A DNA stretch of 20,238 nucleotides, from the NCBI GenBank assembly GCA_041572575.1, contig JBFFSH010000044.1:1-20238 (forward strand), in the 5' to 3' direction. Under the pieces are notes generated by a model that had not been told where the DNA came from, made no database searches, and worked only from the letters and a program-made list of their open reading frames with translations. This DNA comes from Thermodesulfobacteriota bacterium. Its GTDB lineage: Bacteria > Desulfobacterota_D > UBA1144 > Nemesobacterales > N074bin48. Made by a program: the position numbers and the translations under genes. This document shows positions 7,562 through 15,817 of this stretch, one piece after another; within the stretch, counting starts at the first letter, position 1; every line of letters starts with the position of its first letter.

Positions 7562-9094
7562 TTGGAAAGCTTACTCTTATTCTCTAAAATCACTTTATCA
7601 TCCCTATATATCTTTATATTGGTAGTACTGTGTATTCTAGGGCTTAACAGATACTATCTTTTCTATATACAAAACAAATTCAAGAATAAGAAAAACCGAC
7701 CACTAAAATATTATTCCCGACTTCCAAGGGTCACAGTACAGCTTCCGATTTATAATGAGATGTATGTAGCAAAAAGGCTTATAGATGCGGTTTGCAAACT
7801 GGATTATCCTTCTGATTTATTGGAAATACAGGTGCTTGATGATTCTACGGACAACACCTCGGTAATTGCTGAAAATGCCGTCAAATCTCATAGTTCTGAG
7901 GGAGTTAATATACAATACTTACACAGGGATAACAGAGCCGGGTTTAAAGCCGGAGCCTTAGAAAACGGCCTGAAATATTCAAGAGGTGAGCTAATTGTGA
8001 TTTTTGATGCCGATTTTATTCCTCCGGCGGATTTTCTTACAAAGACAGTAGATTACTTTACTGACGAAAATGTTGGTATAGTTCAGACACGCTGGGGACA
8101 TATAAACAAAAACTACTGTTCCCTCACAAAAGCTCAGTCCATTCTCCTTGACGGCCATTTTGTGGTTGAGCAGTTTGCAAGATCTAATGGTGGATATTAT
8201 ATAAATTTTAACGGTACAGCTGGAATTCTAAGAAAATCATGTATTAAAGATGCCGGAGGATGGCAGCATGATACACTTACTGAAGACCTTGATCTTAGTT
8301 ACAGGGCACAGATGAAAGGCTGGAGAGCCGTGTATCTAAACGACGTTGTAGTTGATGCTGAGCTTCCTGTAGAAATTAACTCTTTTAAATCTCAGCAACA
8401 CAGGTGGGCAAAAGGCGGAATACAAACTGCGGCCAAGCTACTTCCTTCGCTTCTTTCAAATAAAAATATTCAGACAAGAGTAAAAATTCAGAGCTTGTTT
8501 CATTTATTGGGAAACATTTCGTACCCTCTTCTACTCATGCTTATTATACTTATGATACCGCTGGCTTATCTTTGGAGTTCAGTGGGATGGGAAAAAGTAA
8601 TAATGTTTAATTTGCTTGCAATTACAGCTGGAACACTTAGTGTTTTTAACTTCTATTTTACTGCTGTAAGAAGTGTGTACGGCTCCAATTGGCTTGGATT
8701 TGCAAGATACATACCTCTATCCATTGCCCTTGGATCAGGTCTGGCTATAAACAATACAAAAGCCGTATTTGAAGCACTTTTTAAAAGAGATACAGATTTT
8801 AATAGAACCCCCAAATTTGCTGTAACAAAAAATAGTGACACTTATTTTAAGAAAAACTATACGACTTCCCGGAATTTCACTTCATTAATTGAGCTTTTGC
8901 TTGGGATAGCCCTAATGATAAAGACGGTCTATGCAGCATATTTGGGATTTTACGGATGGATACCGTTTCTGCTAATAATACAATTTGGATTTTTCTATAC
9001 TTCTCTTTTATCTTATTTTCATAATAATATAAACATTTTTGATACAGTAAAACCTACTATACTGAAAAAGTTGACCCTTCTTAGATCAAAGTAG
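7562..9094 (+). CDS. Processive GT2 glycosyltransferase, cellulose-synthase-like (related to CslA/CslC-type beta-glycan synthases)
   Basis: VTVQLPIYNE, QVLDDSTD, GFKAGAL, IFDADF, VQTRWGH, FNGTAG, TLTEDLDLS, QQHRW (D,D,D,QxxRW); N- and C-terminal TM segments. TTG start uncertain. Confidence 0.9.
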   Translation: MESLLLFSKITLSSLYIFILVVLCILGLNRYYLFYIQNKFKNKKNRPLKYYSRLPRVTVQLPIYNEMYVAKRLIDAVCKLDYPSDLLEIQVLDDSTDNTSVIAENAVKSHSSEGVNIQYLHRDNRAGFKAGALENGLKYSRGELIVIFDADFIPPADFLTKTVDYFTDENVGIVQTRWGHINKNYCSLTKAQSILLDGHFVVEQFARSNGGYYINFNGTAGILRKSCIKDAGGWQHDTLTEDLDLSYRAQMKGWRAVYLNDVVVDAELPVEINSFKSQQHRWAKGGIQTAAKLLPSLLSNKNIQTRVKIQSLFHLLGNISYPLLLMLIILMIPLAYLWSSVGWEKVIMFNLLAITAGTLSVFNFYFTAVRSVYGSNWLGFARYIPLSIALGSGLAINNTKAVFEALFKRDTDFNRTPKFAVTKNSDTYFKKNYTTSRNFTSLIELLLGIALMIKTVYAAYLGFYGWIPFLLIIQFGFFYTSLLSYFHNNINIFDTVKPTILKKLTLLRSK

Positions 9095-9197
9095 CATAGC
9101 AATATAGTTTATTAACAATACAGTTTAGTTACACACACTATCTAACTGCGCTTTAATTCCCTACATATTCAATTTATCCAAATAGATAAAAAAACAC

Positions 9198-9226
9198 TTG
9201 ACAATGAATGAAGGATATACTAGGAT
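9198..9226 (+). promoter_or_regulatory. Sigma70-type promoter of the tetR-aminotransferase unit
   Basis: TTGACA 9198-9203, 17-nt spacer, TAGGAT 9221-9226. Confidence 0.65.
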
Positions 9227-9227
9227 G

Positions 9228-9241
9228 ACTGACTAGTCAGT
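9228..9241. promoter_or_regulatory. Putative TetR operator (perfect 14-bp palindrome)
   Basis: ACTGACTAGTCAGT directly after the -10 element, over the predicted transcription start and 18 nt before the tetR ATG. Confidence 0.75.
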
Positions 9242-9259
9242 TTTTTGGGGTGTAAATAA

Positions 9260-9916
9260 ATGGCAAAAGCCGCAAGAAAAAGTATGGCAATGAAAAATAA
9301 AAGCGCAAAAAAACTTAATAAAAAAGAAGATATTATTAAGGCCGCTGCAAAACTATTTTCTCAAAAGAGTTTTCATGACGTAAAAATGGATGAGATTGCT
9401 GAAGAGCTTGGAATAGCCAAGGGCACTATTTATCTCTATTTCAAATCAAAAGAAAAACTTTACCTCGAAATTTTAGAAGAAAGCTATGAAGCTATCGAGG
9501 CTCTATTAGAAAAAGAGATTGCAAATGATGAACCCTCCACTTTAAAGTTAAAAAAAGTACTTGGAATAATCTTTAGTTTTTACAGACGAAACCTTGATGT
9601 ACTTAAGATTCTGAGCAGAGACGAAACACACCTAATAAAAGAACACTTTGAATTCACAGAGCACTGGAGACTAAGAAGACTGAAACTTTATGAAAAGATA
9701 CTGGAAAAAGGAATAAAAGAAGGCTCTTTTAATGTTCAGAATCCAAAACTTACTTCACTTATCATCTTTGGGCTGGTTCGTTCAGTAATGTTTTTTTACA
9801 GCACTGAAAAGAATACAACCGATATTGCCGAAGAAGTTTTTAACGTTATTACCAATGGAATATTAAATTCAAAATTAAACGAATATGAAAAAGGATTAAA
9901 AGTAATAAATCATTAG
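9260..9916 (+). CDS. TetR/AcrR family transcriptional regulator
   Basis: IIKAAAKLFSQKSFHDVKMDEIAEELGIAKGTIYLYFKSKEKLY HTH signature; C-terminal GIKEGSF. Confidence 0.95.
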   Translation: MAKAARKSMAMKNKSAKKLNKKEDIIKAAAKLFSQKSFHDVKMDEIAEELGIAKGTIYLYFKSKEKLYLEILEESYEAIEALLEKEIANDEPSTLKLKKVLGIIFSFYRRNLDVLKILSRDETHLIKEHFEFTEHWRLRRLKLYEKILEKGIKEGSFNVQNPKLTSLIIFGLVRSVMFFYSTEKNTTDIAEEVFNVITNGILNSKLNEYEKGLKVINH

Positions 9917-9941
9917 ATGATTAATTCATATATGGAGGTAT

Positions 9942-11120
9942 ATGAGAATGTCGTATCCATTTAGCAGCAGATTAAGCCATTTCGTTCCACCAAAACAATG
10001 GGCCAGTATGCGTGTGGCTCGTGATCTGGAAAAGAAAACCGGAAAGAAGATTATTCATTTTGAAAAAGGAGATTATCAGGGCCCCGACTTTGATACGCCT
10101 CAGCATGTTTTAGATGCGACAGAGCAGGCACTTAGAGACGGATATGTGAGATATGATCCCGGACCAGGACTTCCCGAATTAAGAGAAGCTCTAGCCGAGA
10201 GAATGCTCAGAAGAGGAAGGAAGACTCAACCAGAAGAAGTAATTGTTACAGCTGGCGCAAAGCATGCGCTGACTATGAGCCTTCTCACATTTTTAGAAGA
10301 CGGAGATGAAGTTATATTTCCAAACCCCGGATATCCGCCAGATGAAGTATGGGCAAAATATGTAAGAGCCAATATTAAACATACTCCGCTCATTCAGGAA
10401 AACTGGCAGTTTGATGTGGACAAGCTTGAAAGCCTCATCACTCCTAAAACCAAGATGGTTATTATTAACACTCCTCAAAGACCAAATGGTCATCTTGTAG
10501 ATAATCCCGAAAAAATTGCAGAGGTAATACTAAAGCATAAAGATCTAATGGTAATTACCGATGAAATTTTCTCTGAGGTAGTGTTTGACGGTAAGAAACA
10601 CAAATCAATCTCAGGTATAGAGGAAGTGAAAGACAGATGCATTGTTATCGATACATTTTCGAAAACCTGGGCTATGACAGGATGGAGAATAGGCTGGGCT
10701 GTAGCACCAAAAGCAGTTACAGATAAACTCTCAATATTCCTGCAGGATTCAATAACAAATGTTGCGGCTTTTATTCAAAAAGCAGCTTACTCTGCCATAA
10801 CAGGACCTCAGGACTGGGTGGACAACAAACTTCAATTATTACAGGACAAGAGAGACAGAATGGTTGCAGGTCTAAACACAATAGACGGAATTAAGTGTGA
10901 TACACCAGATGGCGCTTTTTATGCATTTGCAGATATTAGCGGCACAGGTCTTACATCACAGGAATATACAGACAGACTTGTTGAAAGAGCCGGAGTGGCT
11001 GTAGTAGCAGGTACCGCATTTGGAAGTCAGGGTGAAGGTTATGTAAGAATAACCTATGCATGTTCTGACGCAGACATTGATGAAGGTATCAAAAGAATGA
11101 AAGAAGCTGATTTGAGTTAA
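9942..11120 (+). CDS. PLP-dependent class I/II (aspartate-aminotransferase-like) enzyme with atypical active-site motifs
   Basis: GLPELREALA, VTAGAKHAL, SKTWAMTGWRIG (PLP Lys), GAFYAF, GEGYVRITYA. SD GGAGG 9934-9938, so the start could be ATG 9948. Confidence 0.9.
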   Translation: MRMSYPFSSRLSHFVPPKQWASMRVARDLEKKTGKKIIHFEKGDYQGPDFDTPQHVLDATEQALRDGYVRYDPGPGLPELREALAERMLRRGRKTQPEEVIVTAGAKHALTMSLLTFLEDGDEVIFPNPGYPPDEVWAKYVRANIKHTPLIQENWQFDVDKLESLITPKTKMVIINTPQRPNGHLVDNPEKIAEVILKHKDLMVITDEIFSEVVFDGKKHKSISGIEEVKDRCIVIDTFSKTWAMTGWRIGWAVAPKAVTDKLSIFLQDSITNVAAFIQKAAYSAITGPQDWVDNKLQLLQDKRDRMVAGLNTIDGIKCDTPDGAFYAFADISGTGLTSQEYTDRLVERAGVAVVAGTAFGSQGEGYVRITYACSDADIDEGIKRMKEADLS

Positions 11121-11135
11121 GACAATTAAAATCAA

Positions 11136-11168
11136 ATGAGAGGTTCTTATTAATTAAGGGCCTCTCAT
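11136..11168 (+). terminator. Probable intrinsic terminator hairpin after the aminotransferase
   Basis: ATGAGAGGTTCTTA-TTAAT-TAAGGGCCTCTCAT, 14-bp stem with two G-U pairs, followed by an AT-rich tail without a clean U-run. Confidence 0.7.
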
Positions 11169-11240
11169 ATATTATTTGGAATATAACTTTTTTTAAATTT
11201 TCCAGTTTAATATATAGAACATATTATTTATAATAATAAA

Positions 11241-12071
11241 ATGAGAAAATATCTTAAATCACTTGCAATCCTAGCATTTGTAATAATCCTGTCAGGATTT
11301 AGCGTAATTTCCTGTACACAGGCTCCTGTAACCGGCAGATCGCAATTTATACTGCTTTCTGAGGATCAGGAGATCGAAATGGGATTGGTAGCCTTTCAGG
11401 ATGTGCTTAAGAAAGAAAATATTTCAAAAAACACAAAATACAATAGCTCTGTAACAAGAGTTGGTAAGAGAATAGCGCAAGCATCCGGAAAAACTGGTTA
11501 CAAGTGGGAATATAAGGTAATCGAAGCTGATGATACTATAAACGCTTTTGCTCTTCCGGGTGGAAAGATCGCAGTATACACCGGAATATTAAAAGTAGCT
11601 GAAACAGAAGCCGGGCTTGCAACAGTTATGGGTCATGAAGTAGCCCATGCAACAGCAAGACATGGTGGTGAGAGGATATCTGTAGGTATTCTTGCTCAGC
11701 TTGGAGCGGTTGGGCTAAACGTAGCACTCAGAAACAAAGACCCGCAGACAATAAATGCAGTAAACGCTGCATTCGGAACAGGTGTAACACTTGGCGGGAT
11801 ACTTCCTTTTAACAGAAAACAGGAATCAGAAGCCGATCAGATTGGTCTTATCTATATGGCTAAGGCAGGTTATGACCCAAGAGAATCTGTAAACTTCTGG
11901 AAAAGAATGGCAAAAGCAAGCAGCGGAAAACCAACACCTCCCGAATTTATTTCAACTCACCCAAGCCACGGAACCAGGATAACAAACCTTAACAAATGGA
12001 TCCCGGGAGCCATGGAAATATATAAAAAATCACCAAAAGCAAGCAGTCAGCAAATAACTCTTAATAAGTAG
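11241..12071 (+). CDS. M48 family zinc metallopeptidase lipoprotein (LoiP/YggG/Oma1-like)
   Basis: Signal peptide ending VISC then TQAPVTGRSQ; INAFALPGGKI; zinc motif GHEVAH; QESEADQIG; AGYDP; STHP. Confidence 0.93.
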   Translation: MRKYLKSLAILAFVIILSGFSVISCTQAPVTGRSQFILLSEDQEIEMGLVAFQDVLKKENISKNTKYNSSVTRVGKRIAQASGKTGYKWEYKVIEADDTINAFALPGGKIAVYTGILKVAETEAGLATVMGHEVAHATARHGGERISVGILAQLGAVGLNVALRNKDPQTINAVNAAFGTGVTLGGILPFNRKQESEADQIGLIYMAKAGYDPRESVNFWKRMAKASSGKPTPPEFISTHPSHGTRITNLNKWIPGAMEIYKKSPKASSQQITLNK

Positions 12072-12073
12072 TT

Positions 12074-12742
12074 TTATGCGCTTCCTTTCTCAAGCGCATG
12101 ATGCTTAAGATTTTTGCCGTGAACTATGTAGTAAACGTCTTCAGAAATATTAGTAGCAAGGTCAGCTACTCTTTCTAAATCACGTGCAATAAATATGAGC
12201 CCAAGCGCCCTGTCAATGGTTCTTGGATCAGAAACCATGTAAGAAATAAGCTCCCTCATCACCTGTTTTTCAAGTATATCCACCTCATCATCTTTCTTAC
12301 ATACCTGCACTGCAAGCTCAGAATCTTTTTCTATGAATGCCTTTAAGCTGTCTCTTAACATTTCTACAGATTTATCTGCCATCCGGGGAATATCGATTAG
12401 AGGCTTAACTGGCGGTTTGTCGGATAAGAAAATTACCTTTTCTGCTATATTAACCGCATGGTCTCCAATTCTCTCAAGGTCGTTGTTTATTTTCAGTATC
12501 ATTGTAACAGTTCTTAAATTTTCGGCTTCCGGCTGATAAAGTGCCTGAATCTTTATACAGAGATTATCTATTTCAATCTCCATTTCATTAACTCGCTGAT
12601 CCATCTTTATCACTTCTTCGGCCAAAATCATGTTTCTGTCAACAAGAGCCTTTGTGCTTTTAGTAATCATTTCCTCGGCAACAGAGGCCATATTTAACAT
12701 TAACTTTATAAGATTATTCAGTTCTTCTTTAAACTTGATCAT
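12074..12742 (-). CDS. phoU: Phosphate signalling complex protein PhoU
   Basis: Two PhoU repeats with DLERIGDHAVNIA and RDLERVADLATNISE; last gene of the pst cluster; SD AAGGAG lies within the arsC 3' end. Confidence 0.96.
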   Translation of the reverse strand: MIKFKEELNNLIKLMLNMASVAEEMITKSTKALVDRNMILAEEVIKMDQRVNEMEIEIDNLCIKIQALYQPEAENLRTVTMILKINNDLERIGDHAVNIAEKVIFLSDKPPVKPLIDIPRMADKSVEMLRDSLKAFIEKDSELAVQVCKKDDEVDILEKQVMRELISYMVSDPRTIDRALGLIFIARDLERVADLATNISEDVYYIVHGKNLKHHALEKGSA

Positions 12743-13202
12743 TAACCTGCTCCTTTGCCGCAGTAGGGACGTTTTGGATAGGGTTTGTATAATTTATAAA
12801 TTCATTATCTATCCAGCCCCTTATTTCATCTCTTACTTTTCGAAAAAATCCGGCCTTTTCTTCATCACTTCCACTATAAGCTGATGGATCGTTAAAACTT
12901 TTGTGAATTTTTATTCCAGAACCACCAAAATGTGGACATTTTTCTTGAGCGCTATCACAAACAGTAACAATGTAGTCAAATTCAATATCTGGTAAATCAC
13001 TAAATCCCTTGGAATAATTGCCTGATATATCTACTCCTATTTCTTTTAATACCTTTATGGAATATGGATTAATTTGTGTAGGGTCCGAGCCAGTGCTATA
13101 GGCATGAAGCCTGTCCGAATGAAAACTGTTTAGAATTCCTTCAGCCATTTGAGACCTTGCAGAGTTGTGTGTACATACAAAAAGCACTTTTTTTCTATCC
13201 AT
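12729..13202 (-). CDS. arsC: Arsenate reductase, LMW-PTP fold (thioredoxin-coupled type)
   Basis: P-loop VLFVCTHNSARSQMAEG, resolving cysteines VTVCDSAQEKCP, FNDP, FRKVRDEI. Overlaps phoU by 14 nt. Confidence 0.88.
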   Translation of the reverse strand: MDRKKVLFVCTHNSARSQMAEGILNSFHSDRLHAYSTGSDPTQINPYSIKVLKEIGVDISGNYSKGFSDLPDIEFDYIVTVCDSAQEKCPHFGGSGIKIHKSFNDPSAYSGSDEEKAGFFRKVRDEIRGWIDNEFINYTNPIQNVPTAAKEQVNDQV

Positions 13203-13228
13203 ATTATATATATTTATATTTTGAGATT

Positions 13229-14125
13229 TTATCCAAATTTGCCGGTTACATAATCCTGGGTCTGAGGTATGGTTGGATTTATAAATATGTTTTGTGTTTC
13301 ATCATATTCAATCATCTTTCCAAGATACATAAAAGCCGTAAGATCAGATACCCTGGAAGCCTGCTGCATATTATGAGTCACTATGACAATAGTGTAGTTT
13401 TCTTTAAGCTCTGTTATGAGATCTTCGATTCTTGTAGTAGCAACAGGATCAAGTGCGGAGCAGGGCTCGTCCATAAGAAGCACCTCAGGCTCCACTGCTA
13501 TTGCCCTTGCAATACAGAGCCTCTGCTGCTGTCCGCCAGACATTCCAAGGGCGCTTTCATCCAATCTGTCGTGAACCTCTTCCCAAAGGGCAGCACCTTT
13601 TAGGCTTTTTTCCACAATATGATCAAGTTCGTCTTTTTCGTTTATACCGGCAATCCTGGCTCCGTAGGCAACATTCTCGTATATAGTTTTAGGAAAAGGA
13701 TTTGATTTCTGAAAAACCATTCCAACTTTTTTTCTAAGTTCAGTAAGCTCTAAGTTTGGATCGTTTATATCCCTACCATTTATTTCAATTGCACCTGAGA
13801 TAGTAACATTATCAATTAGATCATTTAATCTGTTAAAACATCTAAGAAGGGTTGATTTACCGCAACCCGAAGGACCAATAAATGCAGTTACTTTCTTTTT
13901 GGGAATAAGAAGATTAATATCATATAGAGCTTGTTTATCACCATAACTTAAGCACAGGTTTTTAACTACAACTAATGGATCTTCTATATCCTGTTTAATA
14001 AATGTTTCAAGCTGTTCACTATCTGCCGGTCCTGTAGAAATTTGCTTATTATCAGTGCTTTGTTCTAATTGATTTTCTTCCATTTTATTTCCCGTATATC
14101 CGGTATCCTCTAACGCTGTACTCAT
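13229..14125 (-). CDS. pstB: Phosphate ABC transporter ATP-binding protein
   Basis: [62 protein letters not shown]; acidic N-terminal extension. Confidence 0.97.
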   Translation of the reverse strand: MSTALEDTGYTGNKMEENQLEQSTDNKQISTGPADSEQLETFIKQDIEDPLVVVKNLCLSYGDKQALYDINLLIPKKKVTAFIGPSGCGKSTLLRCFNRLNDLIDNVTISGAIEINGRDINDPNLELTELRKKVGMVFQKSNPFPKTIYENVAYGARIAGINEKDELDHIVEKSLKGAALWEEVHDRLDESALGMSGGQQQRLCIARAIAVEPEVLLMDEPCSALDPVATTRIEDLITELKENYTIVIVTHNMQQASRVSDLTAFMYLGKMIEYDETQNIFINPTIPQTQDYVTGKFG

Positions 14126-14185
14126 TGTTATTCTTCTCCATAAAATATTTTACTATATTTAGTGAATTTAATTAAATAAATATTA

Positions 14186-15805
14186 CTAAATTTGAGATGA
14201 ACTATATTTTTTCTTGAGTCTGTTTCTAATTACAATTGCTGCAAGATTTAACAAAATGACTATCACTATCAAAAGAAAAGTAGTTGTATAAACCATAGGT
14301 TTTGCAGCCTCAACATTTGGTGACTGAAATCCCACATCATAAATATGAAACCCCAGGTGCATAAATTTTCTTTCTAAATGCACAAATGGGAAATACCCAT
14401 CAATGGGTAAATCAGGAGCAAGCTTAACAACACCGGTAATCATAAGTGGTGCTACCTCTCCGGTAGCCCTGGCTATTGCCAGAATAAGCCCGGTCATGAT
14501 GGCAGGCGCAGCACTTGGAAGAACCACCTTCCACATCGTCTCAAACTTTGTGGCACCAAGCGCAAGGGAGCCTTCCCTTATATTTCTTGGAACAGCCGCA
14601 AGCCCTTCCTCGGTTGCAACAATTACTACAGGTACTGTAAGCAGAGCAAGAGTAAGTGACGCCCATAATATTCCCCCCGTACCATAAGTGGGCGCAGGAA
14701 GCTGATCACTATAAAGTATCTGATCAATTGCCCCACCAATTCCATAAATGAAGAATCCAACAGCAAACACTCCAAATACTATAGACGGAACACCGGCTAG
14801 GTTGTTCACACATATCCTTACTATACGTACCATTGTACCCTGTCTAGCATATTCTCTTAGATAAAGAGCCGCCAATACACCAAAAGGAAGAACCACGATG
14901 CTCATTATTATCACCATCATCACAGTGCCGAATATTGCAGGAAACACTCCGCCTTCTGTGTTCGCTTCTCTTGGATCAGCAGATAGAAACTCCCAGAATT
15001 TATCCATGTATAGCATCAACTTACTGAATGTACCCATGGAATTGGGTCTGTATGCCCGGACTATTAATCCTGCAGAAAACTCTTTTGTTCTGCCATCAAC
15101 TGTTTCTAATTTAACTTTGTATTGGTCAAGCTCGGTATATAAAGCAGTAAGCTTCTTCTCTTCTATCTTAAATTTTTCTTCCTGCTCAGCAAACTGTTTA
15201 TTTAGTTTATCAAGTGTTTTAATATCCTCAGGATCAGACTGATTTAAATTTTTTTTCTTAAGCCTTATTGCCTCCATTTCATAGTTAATATCGCCTATAT
15301 CATGTTTTTCTATCTCTTTTATCTCTTTATATTTTGCTGTAGTCCTGGGAAGTATTTCAGCAAGCTCTGTAATTGATTGCTCTGTAGTACTGCTAACAAT
15401 ATTGCTTCCTTCATCGATCCCGGTAACAAAACCATACATATTTCCCCATTCGAGTCGTTCAATTAAAAACGCATTTTCCGGATAAGAGATATTTTTAATT
15501 TGATCATCATCAATCCACTTAAAATCAAATCCATAAATATCTCTGTTGCCTACTTTTAGCTGTATCCTGGTTTTTTTGGATTTTTCTTTGGAATTAGGAA
15601 CCCTAATTTTCTCTCTACCGCTTATTTGTCCAAGGTATTTCTTGCCGTCCACAAGCTCGACCTGAGCGATATCAGAAGGCCAGAAAAATCCGAGCCCTTT
15701 GGATGCAATGATAAATAAAAGACCAAATATCGCTATCAGACTGAACATCAGCGCAGTACCTGTAAGCCATACAAATGGATCGCCGGATTTAAAGAAGTTT
15801 TTCAT
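14186..15805 (-). CDS. pstA: Phosphate ABC transporter permease PstA (long form with large extracytoplasmic domain)
   Basis: DPREANTEGGVFPAIFGT, NNLAGVPSIVFG, REGSLALGATKFET, ARATGEVAP. Confidence 0.96.
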   Translation of the reverse strand: MKNFFKSGDPFVWLTGTALMFSLIAIFGLLFIIASKGLGFFWPSDIAQVELVDGKKYLGQISGREKIRVPNSKEKSKKTRIQLKVGNRDIYGFDFKWIDDDQIKNISYPENAFLIERLEWGNMYGFVTGIDEGSNIVSSTTEQSITELAEILPRTTAKYKEIKEIEKHDIGDINYEMEAIRLKKKNLNQSDPEDIKTLDKLNKQFAEQEEKFKIEEKKLTALYTELDQYKVKLETVDGRTKEFSAGLIVRAYRPNSMGTFSKLMLYMDKFWEFLSADPREANTEGGVFPAIFGTVMMVIIMSIVVLPFGVLAALYLREYARQGTMVRIVRICVNNLAGVPSIVFGVFAVGFFIYGIGGAIDQILYSDQLPAPTYGTGGILWASLTLALLTVPVVIVATEEGLAAVPRNIREGSLALGATKFETMWKVVLPSAAPAIMTGLILAIARATGEVAPLMITGVVKLAPDLPIDGYFPFVHLERKFMHLGFHIYDVGFQSPNVEAAKPMVYTTTFLLIVIVILLNLAAIVIRNRLKKKYSSSQI

Positions 15806-15817
15806 TATGTTTATTTA

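Noticed and set aside
9100..9190. Imperfect 16-bp tandem repeat (CAATATAGTTTATTAA / CAATACAGTTTAGTTA, 9100-9131) and TTTATC-N6-GATAAA (9173-9190)
   Set aside because: Two copies only, no spacers, short and AT-rich; compatible with chance and not a CRISPR array.
4507..10493. Short ORFs at 4507, 5322, 6365, 6571, 8653 and 10293
   Set aside because: Essentially nested antisense to confident CDSs; no independent evidence.
2117..13202. A dispersed arsA + arsC arsenic resistance operon
   Set aside because: The genes are about 9.4 kb apart, the ATPase lacks ArsA metalloid-binding features, and there is no arsR/B/D/acr3.
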